A stretch of 57,217 nt of DNA, filler included, from Asterionella formosa (taxonomy: Eukaryota): NCBI GenBank assembly GCA_002256025.1. It is 6 parts of 6 records of this genome, joined end to end, with 100 filler letters (N's around TTAATTAATTAA, not from the genome) between each part and the next. Parts side by side here need not be neighbours in the genome. Positions count along the whole stretch, not along the records: positions 9,568 to 19,023 come from NKIB01010630.1; positions 19,124 to 28,576 come from NKIB01010631.1; 4 more parts are not named here. One strand, written 5' to 3'. The translations under genes and the position numbers were made by a program. This document shows, in pieces, positions 11,631 through 21,634 of the stretch (position 1 is the stretch's first letter; every line of letters begins with the position of its first letter). The notes below the pieces were generated by a model. It had not been told where the DNA came from. It did no database searches and saw only the letters and a list, made by a program, of their open reading frames with translations.

Positions 11631-13057
11631 ACTATATATATCTGTGCGTGGACTACATGCAGCAACGTAGATTCAATATAACGTATAAACAAGATACATG
11701 AGCATACATGTTGGCATACTCCTAATTTATATATGTGTTTTGGCGTTGAGCAAAATTATGTCTACATACAGCAATGCAGATATGGTATCAACGTTTAAAT
11801 ATCATTTTTGTTTGTTTCAAATGGAACTCAATCAATCTGGCCCCGCTTCCTATTTAATTCAAATATTCAAATGGACACTCGAATCATGGGAATTCATAGT
11901 AGGAAACTCCCTATTCCACGCCGTCCTTACAACCCTAACGATATTTTCTCCGAACTAGGGTTAAGCCGTGGCCGCAACCTTAAGTAAATTATCAATCGAA
12001 ACCTGATGCAAGTACGAAGAGTATGTTCGAAGATGCACTCTACTCAACGAATAAGTAATCAGTTTCGATTCAGTGTATCAAGCCATGGAGATCTAATATT
12101 TTCAAAGTCATTAAGATTGTTGCATAGCGGTGGCTTACAGTGCATGTTATTCTACACATACATGAATATATTTTCCCCCAAACCGTGATTATTTTTACTC
12201 CGTTTATACTACAGAAACTCTTTTCGTATTACTTCACCTGCTGTTAGGCGTGATACAATATGATTTTTGCGCTTGCCACCATCACCAAATGCTAATGACG
12301 CATAGTGTATTCGAAAGCATGATGATATTGTACATCTAATTAATTATACTAAATTAATTTTATCGGAAGAACATTATCATTCTTGTACATATGCCGGTAC
12401 ATGTATAGAAAAGGCGATGCCAGCTCAATAGAGTAAACGTGAAAATATCCATCATGTTTCGCAATTTCGCGTCAACAGCAACCTTTGGGCCATAATAAGT
12501 ATTTAACAACTTACACAAAGCAACAATACAAGTACGTAAGTATTTACTCGCTATATAAATCTGAACAAATACTTCGTGACAATAAATAACGTATCTTGCA
12601 AACTAAGTTCAAACCGTGCGTTTACTCCGTTTAGCGGTGACTTACAGTTCAAAAGTCGTCATAGCGGTGGCTTACAGTTTTTAACTGGTACCAGGTACTC
12701 TTTCCGTCCAGAAAGAGTTGCATCGATTTCTCAAAATTCTCCGGGGCCATTTGGACTCCAACGATTTTCTCCGGATCAATTGCTCAGTGCAGGCTTGCTC
12801 TAAGCAACAGATCCATGTACTAAAATTCCTGCATTTCAACCCTGGGGCAAAAATTAAAATATTGCTTGGTAGGGTTGCCAAAATTCTCCTGGAACTAAGA
12901 ATTTTTATGAGCTATTTTTGAATAATTATGATTCCATTTGAAATACCGGTATTCAAATCAATGGAAATTTGCACATAAATACATAGATCCCTTTTCGAAT
13001 TTGCTAAATATATATAAACATTCTACATTGCTCTATGTTTATATAGTAACCTATACC

Positions 13058-13275
13058 GGGGAATAGCTTAGGTGGTTAGCTCACCTTCCAAGGTGGCGGG
13101 TTCGATTCCCGCATTCTCCACCTGCTTTGTTTATGTGGTCCCTTGGGTTCCGGGTTGTGAGGCAGACAACAAGCAGGTCTAAGGCCCTCTGGGGGGCCAA
13201 GTGCGACTTCACAACCTCCACATTCGTCGAGTTCTTTAACAATAGCATACTATAAAATTTACTTTATAATTTTTT
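13058..13275 (+). mobile_element. tRNA(Ala)-derived SINE-like element with target-site duplication
   Basis: tRNA head at 13058-13120: acceptor GGGGAAT/ATTCTCC-A with G3:U70, A-box TAGCTTAGGTGG, T-arm GCGGG-TTCGATT-CCCGC, shortened anticodon arm. AT-rich tail. Direct repeat TATAGTAACCTATACC(G) at 13042-13058 and 13276-13292. Confidence 0.85.
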
Positions 13276-13393
13276 TATAGTAACCTATACCGATAATACG
13301 ATCAACATTGACTATATGTGGCATACAAGCTGGTAGCATGGCAAATATTGTTGATGACTACCAGTAAGAAACAAACAAATGCAACAATCCACC

Positions 13394-13924
13394 ATGAGCG
13401 AAATTACACATCACAATGATGACAATGGTGATGACAAATTTAACTACAGTCATGAAAGTTTTCCTACCTGTCAAGACTGGTTGATTGTAGAGTCGGCTGA
13501 GGAGGGATGTGAGGATCACATCTTCTGCGAATACTGCGATTTTGGTTGCCCCAAATGTCAGTGCCAATGGGATGAAGTAGAAGAATTGGTGGAGAAGTTT
13601 CTGGAACAAGGTGAATCCATTCTTACCAGGTTGAAGGATGAAGACAATATGGCATCAAGAGCTCGCAATCTTCTATACAAGATTTTAATCAGAGTTTTCA
13701 GTGGTCCATTGGGAAAAGGTGTTCAGATGCAAATTCCTGACTGTTGTTTGAAGGGGGTTCGATCTCTTTTGAAGAACAAGGACCCAAACAAAGTGTACAC
13801 TGGCTTCAAACCTGCTGTTTCTAAACGCGTTAAATCAAGTTACTATTTTCATTCATTTCAGTATATTTATCACTTCAATGCACCTAAGTATGTCGTTTCA
13901 AAAAATTTTAGAAGAAGCAAGTGA
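13394..13924 (+). CDS. P2X7 C-terminal 'ballast' (P2RX7_C)/KolX-like Cys-rich protein
   Basis: CxxC/CxxC cluster followed by R..LY.......GPLGKG....IPDCC..GVR.......YTGFK, the pattern I recognise for P2RX7_C-like domains. Lies directly upstream of a transposase fossil. Confidence 0.7.
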   Translation: MSEITHHNDDNGDDKFNYSHESFPTCQDWLIVESAEEGCEDHIFCEYCDFGCPKCQCQWDEVEELVEKFLEQGESILTRLKDEDNMASRARNLLYKILIRVFSGPLGKGVQMQIPDCCLKGVRSLLKNKDPNKVYTGFKPAVSKRVKSSYYFHSFQYIYHFNAPKYVVSKNFRRSK

Positions 13925-14249
13925 GGTGGCATGTATTCTTCGACTTTGTCTCAATGGTTATTTTTTTTAACATTGATCTATAGTTTGATAGTTTAACCCA
14001 TCAATAGTAGTAGCAACAAACAATATAGGCAACAACATCAACATGCCATGCTCTAGTGGTGCCCATCTTGTTTCCGAAATTGGAACTGGTTCATCGGCGA
14101 TGAAAATCAGAATTGGTGGTCATTGTCATCAACATCCTCTCCCCCTCTCCCAACAAATAAAGCAACTAACAACAACAGAAACAACAACCGTCTGAACAGC
14201 AGTCCCAGAACAGGAACCACTTAATCGACTGTAATTCATTCACTAGATT

Positions 14250-15400
14250 GCTGAATGATGATGTGATTTGCAAGAGTTGTGTAAATGCACCATATGTCAA
14301 AGAATATTGTAAACAAACAGTACAAGACTTAGTGCCTATCACATTAGCATAAATAAGAAATGTGAATCCTTCTTGGAAAAAGCGTTTCTATCCACGGAAA
14401 TCCCATGCATCCCGCAACCATTGATCGTTGTGTCCTCTGAGAACTTAGGGTTGGCAAGCGAAATACAAATCACCTGTCCGACCTGTCAGAAAATGATAGC
14501 TAAACTTGAATCTGCAAGAAGCGATAACACCAAAGACAATGGTGAGATAACAAATAAGGAAATTGAAGCAAAACACTTTTCAATCAACCAACAGATTATT
14601 TTGGGTGGTCATGAGGCGGGATTGGGACCTGGCGATGCAGACTTCATTTGTTCTGCAATGAACTTACCGATTCCAGTTGGGTACTGGTCAAGGCAAGGAA
14701 ACTTCTGTGCTGTTGAGGAGCTTGTTGGGAAAGCCCAACTGGAAACAACAGCTCTTGCAATGCAAGAGGCATGTGATGCAGAAATATACAAGACGCTCAA
14801 TGTGCATGAGTGAGTCGATTGGGCAGACAAAGTACGTGATTTCCAGTATTTGAAGTCACTATCTGGTACTGAAAGTATGGCTGTGCAGAATATGCCACGC
14901 CTGACATTTAGTTACAATATGGGCTGGCAGTAGCGATGAAGTGGAAATAAGAACAACTTGCTCGCTCCGTAAGCGGTCATGCATTCTCCATCAGTGGCTA
15001 GTACACACCAAGAAAGATACTAAACTATCGAGTAAAATCAAAGGTCTGTAAATTGTGCGACAGGGCTATACGGTACAAGAAGCAAACCTATCAAGCATCA
15101 TGCTTTCTCCAAGAATCATGTAACTGGAAGATCGAAGGCAATGGAACCAGATGCGGGTGTGGAACAAATGATGGTTGATACCAGTATAAATACAATGTTA
15201 TCTACTCTACAATCATCTGTGATGATGATTCTAAAATTTGAGCTGTGTCGAAATGGTCCTAAATGATTTATTGAATCTACAGTCTGTATTTGAATGGCCA
15301 AGAACATTAAAGGGGCAAAACCGACAAAGGTTGCCTTCCGCTACATGTCCCAGGACCGCGATTCCTTTCTGATCCATCACACCAGCGTCTGCTAATAGAA
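14250..15400 (+). mobile_element. Decayed Kolobok/'Mutator-like' DDE transposase pseudogene
   Basis: Frameshifted segments GLASEIQITCPTC, INQQIILG...GLG....MNLP, LTFSYNMGWQ*R (D1 region), SGHAF, KILNYRVKSKVCKLC, GRSKAMEP, TIICDDDS (D2), FLSDPSH. Confidence 0.8.
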
Positions 15401-15781
15401 AATATCGTACTTATAAGATCAGGGGTATCATACGATAATTGGCACAGAAATTTTCTGCGCATGATACATATTTTGTTATACGTATGATAAATGCATACTA
15501 TGAAAGTGAACAGGCTAAGCTTTCTCATAATAATCAAACCGCCATGTAATTATCAAAACATTATACTATGATGTACATTCCTTTATCATACATCTATCCT
15601 TATGTGATGGTAACTCTAATCGAAATAGCTGTTAAAAATAGGTTGAAATGGGAGGATTGTAATTTTACTTTTATATCACGAAATCATTTTTATGTTTCTA
15701 CATTTTGTGTGGTTAAACAGCCACATCTAAGACGCCGTTTACGGGACTTTTTCGAATTCATGTCTAAGTGACGTATTGATG

Positions 15782-15852
15782 CTACTTTTTTAAAATATTA
15801 TGTTACTTTTCTAAAATATTATTTTACTTTTTTGAAATATTATGTTACTTTT
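15782..15852. repeat. AT-rich ~21-bp minisatellite (~3.5 copies)
   Basis: ttactttt..aaatattat(g/t) repeated. Confidence 0.8.
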
Positions 15853-16429
15853 TCCCTAATTTATTCGGGTTAAACAAAATTTTATTTCACTTATCGAATA
15901 ATTATGTGTGCTCGTGACAAGACATGTTGACCAACTAGCTCCGCTACAATATTATGCTGCTTTCACCATATAATGAACGAAAGAGTCGCCAATTCCGATT
16001 CACTTATTATTTTTTCTGCTCCGACATATTTCTTTGATCTCAACTGGCAAATAACAACACATGCAAGAGGAAGATTCACACAGTAGAATTGAGCACACGT
16101 AGTGGTAGTCTATGTTGTAGGCACATTGTTTAGTCATTGTTGATTGTAGAGATTACAATAGCCTGCCAGATTAGAAAAAAAGCACCTTCTTGGTCCTCGT
16201 TGAGCATTGCATGTCTCCTTAGTGAATCGAAATTGAGATGTGCCACAATGGCCTTCTCTGTTTCGGAGCAGCTACAAATAGTCTACAGCGATAAGTCTAG
16301 CAGGTACAATATAGAAAAAGAATCAGAGGATGAGCAGCTGTCATCGATAGAATCCGTAAATTCATTAAGAAACAGCTGTTGCATATTTTTAATATTCAAT
16401 GCATGTTGCCAGAGTGAGTCAAAATTGAG

Positions 16430-18295
16430 ATGTTGATTGGTTGAGAAGGAGAGTTTGGCATTTTTGTTGCCACAGTACTGATGATCAGTCCACAAGCATC
16501 CGAAAATTTTACTCATCCTGATGCCTCCATTGATCAACATATAGTCGTTCTGAGAATATCGACAGTGGCCATGACGAATTTGATCTTGTGTACATCGAAA
16601 ACTTTGCTGGATATAAATCGGTCTTCAATTGGTGGAGAAAGATGGTGTGGAATACCGGTCATGCAGCAGTCCACAAGAACCGAAATTATACACATCCTGA
16701 TGACTAATTTGATCAATATATGTTCGTTTTGAGATTATCGATATTCGAAATGACGGCACTGTTTTCGTGTACATCGAATACTTTGCTGAATATAAATCGG
16801 CCTTATATTAGTGGAGAAAGATGGTTTGGAATGTTTGTAATGACAGCACTGATATTCATTTCACAGCAAGCACCGAGATTTTACAAACCTTCCTGATGAC
16901 CAATTCGATTTATATATGTTCGTTCTCAGAATATCGACATTCAACATGACTGCATTGATCTCGCGTACATCGAATACTATGCTGGATAGAAATCGGCCTT
17001 AAATTGGTGGAGAAAGATGGTTTAGAATTTTTGTTACGACAGCACTTATGATCACTGCACAGCAAGCACCGAAAATTTACACACCCTCTTGGCTGATGAC
17101 CAATTCGATCAATATATGTTCGTTTTGAGAATATCGATAATCGAAATGAAGGCAATGATCTTGTGTACATCGAATACCATGCTGGATACTAGAAATCGGC
17201 CATAAATTGGTGGAGACAGATGGCTGGTTTGGAATTTTTGTAACCACAGCACTGATGTTCCATCCATAGCAAGCACCGAAATTTTACACACCATCCTGAT
17301 GACCGATTCAATTAATATATATTAATTCTAAGATTATCGCCATTCGCCATGTCGGCATTGATCTCGTGTATATCGAATACTACTCTAGATAGAAATCAGC
17401 CTTAACATGGTGGAGCAAGATGGTTTGGAATTTTTGTTGCCACAGCACTTACAATCAGTCCACATGCACCGAAAATTTATTTCACATCCTGATGAACAAT
17501 TTGATCAAAATATGTTCGTTCTTAGTATATCGAAATTCATTATGACGGCATTGATTTCGTGTTCATCGAATACTATGATTGATATAAATTAGAATTATAT
17601 TGGTGGAGAAAGATGGATTGGAATTTTTGCTGCCACAGCACTGATGATCAGTCCACAAGCATCCGAAAAATTACACATTCGGATGCCTCCTTTGATCAAT
17701 ATATGATCGTTCTGATCATATCAACATTCGACATGACTGCATTGATTTTGTGTACATCAAATACTATGCTAGATAGAAATTGGCCTTAAATTGGTTGAGA
17801 AGGGTTGTTTGGAATTTTTGTTGCTACTGCACTAATGATCAAGCCACAAGTACCGAAAATTTTCACACCATCCTGATGACCAATTTGATCAATGTATGTT
17901 CGTTCTGAGCGAGCATATAGACATTCGAAATATCGGCTTTGATCTCGTGTAAATTGAATACTATGCTAGATAGAAATTGACAATGAATTGGTAGAGAAAG
18001 ATGGATTGGAAGTTTGGTTGTTAAAGCACTGGTCATCAGTCCACAGCAGACACCTAAAATTTAGACACCCTGATGCCTCCTTTGGAAAATATACGTTCGT
18101 TCTGAGCATATCGACATTCGACAAGAAGAATTTGATTTCGGGTACATCAAATAATATATTTGATAGAAATCGGCATCAAATTTGTTGAGAAAGAAAATGA
18201 ATTGGAATTTAGGTTGCTACAGCACTGGTCAGTAGTAGTCCACAGCAAGCACCAAAACCTTTTACACATCCTGATGACGAATTTGATCAATACTG
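16430..18295. repeat. Tandem array of ~10 diverged ~192-bp units
   Basis: Anchor ggtggagaaagatgg at about 16439, 16631, 16810, 17006, 17209, 17409, 17602, 17793, 17990 and 18184. Shared blocks cctgatgac..attcgatcaatatatgttcgttctgag and gtgtacatcgaatactatgct. Confidence 0.95.
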
Positions 18296-19391
18296 ACTAA
18301 GCATAGACTGCGCCAGTTTTTCTGAAGTACAATATACACAAATTTAGTACAAAATGAATGTTGGCGAGGAGGACCCCCGTCCACACCAGTTTTCTTCATG
18401 AAAAACAACTACTGCTGGAATGAAGGAACAAAATATCACATTCATGGTAAAATGAAATTGTTGTTATTGTTGTCGTTTTTGTCGTCTTTTCTGCTATCAT
18501 GCTTGTGTTCTCGTTGTCTTTATCGCTGTCACAGTTGTTTCTTCTGTAATTTTTCTTGTCCTTATTCTATTGTAATTTCGTTGTGGTTACTGTGGCTTTA
18601 TACCCTTCTCTTCCTTGGTGTTCCTCGCCCTGCGTTTGAACTTGGACATGCATTGTTTGATATGGAATGTAAAAAAGTCTTGTTTGTTAAAATCCAGCCA
18701 TCATCTGACTCTGTGAATCTTGTTCTTCGCTTCCAGATAACAAGGACTCTGTTGTGGGCCGGTTCCTCTGCATCTACAACGCCGATTATTGGTACAACCG
18801 CCACAAAAAAAACGCTAGTCAAATGTGATCACCCAAATTAATTATTTGGGTGGCCTACTATGAAAAATTGGGCTACGTACATAATTTAAGGGTATGAAAC
18901 CAAATATAAATGTGATGCATCATATAATATATATGATAGGATTGAACTAAAATAGTTTCGACAACTTCCATAAATTTTTATAAACCCACATAAATTTTGA
19001 GGCAAAGTAACAATATTTTTGTANNNNNNNNNNNNNNNNNNNNNNNNNNNNNNNNNNNNNNNNNNNNTTAATTAATTAANNNNNNNNNNNNNNNNNNNNN
19101 NNNNNNNNNNNNNNNNNNNNNNNATCATGAAAGGAGAAGCAGCGCACTCTGTCCATTAAATGTTCTAAAATGGATTTTTTGTACACGCGATTTTATTACA
19201 AAAAATTGACTCTTTAGACTCCTATTCCATTGACGATGTTTCCGTGATTACTGATTCTGATTCCGACATTTTGGAGAACGTTGAAAAGGCCGATATTGTC
19301 GAATTTTTGGACAACATTAGCTCAAGATTGGCAGTGTTTGAAGAAGTGTTAAGTACATAGCTAATCTTCATATAGCCCCAGAATATAACTT

Positions 19392-19501
19392 CTGGTGAGA
19401 CAAAGGGCAGAAAGGAGCTTCGGTTTTAAGTTGGCGCAGTAAAATCCACTATTTTCAGCATAGTATAAAAACCGAAGTTCCTTTCTGCAGCTTCTCGCCA
19501 G
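19392..19501. repeat. Fold-back hairpin (21-bp near-perfect stem plus outer stem)
   Basis: gcagaaaggagcttcggtttt (19407-19427) pairs with aaaaccgaagttcctttctgc (19468-19488). Outer ctggtgaga/tctcgccag. Confidence 0.85.
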
Positions 19502-21329
19502 TTCCTATATCATGACAATATATAACGTTGACCCATACCCCTTGTTTTGGTTAAATGACTGTATCTAAGCATATGGAAAGGGTGTATATTAGTGAAAGCT
19601 CCATTGAGCGATGTACATTTATATTTTACTCGAACAATGTCTGTGTTTTGGACATCATTAGCTCAAGATTGGCAGGGTTTGAAGAAAATTAGCCACCAAC
19701 AATCACAAGGAAAAAATGAGTGCATTCCGGTAGCAGTGGAAGCTAAACTGATCTGAAGGTACATTAACAAGGGTGTAATGACAATGGCCGCCTTTCACAG
19801 CATACTCAGTATTGAGAATCTGGAATCACTTTTCTTTCTCGCTAATGAGAATATGAATAAGTTAGCCAACACACATCTGGTCTTGAAGCTGATACTTGCA
19901 CCTTTCGGTTCATCTTCACTGGTCATAGCAGGCGCTTTATATGAAACAATGGCAAATGAAAATCGACTTATACTGGCAGAACACATCACATCCAAAATGG
20001 AAATTAACTTGCAGGAAAGAATTATCAGTCCAGACAAGCTGGCCCAAAATACACTAGTCTCTTAAATGTAAAGAATCAATATATACAACAACCTTTGTTA
20101 GATGCAAAGAAGACTAAACAGAATTGTGCGATGCCCTTCTCAAACTTTATGGAATGGATTTGCTAATAAAGACTTGACTCAACCCTTGGTCTGTTTCTTT
20201 CCAATGTCAATGTTAAAAGCTAGGCCTCAGCAAGCAATTAGTCCATTTCAAGACAATAAGCCTTCAAATGGAATTGATGATTGCCGGCCCTTGAAACCTG
20301 AGAAGTCTACAGCCTCACCAAGGAACTTCGAGGCACAAGTGCAATTTAAGGCTAGTTTAAATGTATTTTAAATTCACTTGATGAATAATAGACACTGGGG
20401 CAGTGTCATCACGATGTTTTGTTCTTCAGACTTGAGATTTGTATGCTAATCCCCTAAATGCTCTTTGTGTATTTATATCATTGTTGCAACCATCAGGGAC
20501 TGGTATTTAATTCTGTATGACTGTCAAGTACAGTACACAGACATAAGGCAAACTTGTGTACACCTTTTAAATTCCTACCAGTGCACTGCTGGTAGGCATT
20601 ATGCTGCCAGCAGCATGAGCCATATTTTAAACCAATAGAAATGCACAGTGATGCATTAATACTTGAAGCTGAAATTGGTTTTGCTTTTTGTCAATAATAT
20701 GTACATGCAGTTGGCATTGAGCTGCTCTACACACATGTGCATCCAAGTTAAAATTAGTGGGGCTTCATCCTACCATGCTCCAGTTCTGCCCTGGAATGAC
20801 TGGTCCAGATCTTACTCACACCACTTGTTGCATATTATTAATCTGCTATATTAACACTGTCTATTTCCATTCAGATATTCATGAGACTACATACTAGTCT
20901 TCAGACACCTGTCAACATCAACAGCATAACAGACACATTCTGACACCGTTCCCCTCCTGTTGATGCTTGACATACAACCACATCATCCTAGTTTGCATGC
21001 ACAACACACCCTATCCTACAGGAATTTTCATAGTGACTCTCTTTTTTTTCTTTTCTTTCAGTTCTTGCTGACGACTCAAACTGTTGACCCTGGTTTTCAC
21101 GAATACATACCCATGTACATGTACAACTAGAACTGGAGTGCGCTACTATGTTCAACTAATTACCGCTAGTTTAGTGGACAAGCAAGAATTTATGTCATGA
21201 TACACACGCATCATGCAATACTACATACCGGTATTATAGTTTGAAAGCGCGCCCACCCACAAAATCAACATTTGGTATCAGTACGGTTAGGGACCAATGG
21301 GAGGGAGTGCCTGTGTTTTGCTCTCCTTC

Positions 21330-21580
21330 TTGTTCTTCATTTTGTCTTCATAGATGAAACGCGTGATACCAGAGGGGCAACAAAAACGGCAATATCACTC
21401 ACAGAAATTGCAATCCAGATATAGAGATGCTCAAGGTGGCGTGGGAGTTCGATCTGCCATTGCCTGCTGCTCAGTTCCACCTTCCACTTTTGTTCCGTCT
21501 TCAACTGGTTATAGTTTCTTGACTGGACAGTCACCACTTATCTATCTAAAGGAAGTATCTTTGGTCAGAGCTGAATGAAG
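21330..21580 (-). pseudogene. Degenerate partial copy of the juxtamembrane/TM segment of the adjacent PT-repeat gene
   Basis: LYIWIAISV...SSMKTK vs SIYIWIAISVGG...FIYKKR. The DNA resembles ~21920-22160 but is frameshifted. Confidence 0.8.
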
Positions 21581-21634
21581 AAGCCCGTTCGACAAAGACA
21601 AACCAAAGCCTCATCAAACAGCGAAAATAACAAT

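Noticed and set aside
13058..13120. Functional tRNA-Gly(TCC) gene
   Set aside because: Only 63 nt, anticodon arm has a non-canonical loop, no variable region, Ala-type acceptor, and it sits within a TSD-flanked element.
16534..16716. C5 DNA-methyltransferase-like look of one minus frame of the repeats (DVH…VDIL…C..FS)
   Set aside because: No PC catalytic dipeptide, a recurring in-frame TGA in most units, and tandem repetition is incompatible with the fold.
16430..18295. CRISPR array or hammerhead ribozyme (CTGATGA…GAAA) in the 192-bp repeats
   Set aside because: Units are homologous along their whole length, with no unique spacers and no cas genes. One unit (~17620-17680) can form stems I and III, but stem II cannot close and the core is not conserved between units.
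19778..20371. Short ORFs as real genes
   Set aside because: No recognisable motifs; CpG-poor, decayed-repeat-like context.
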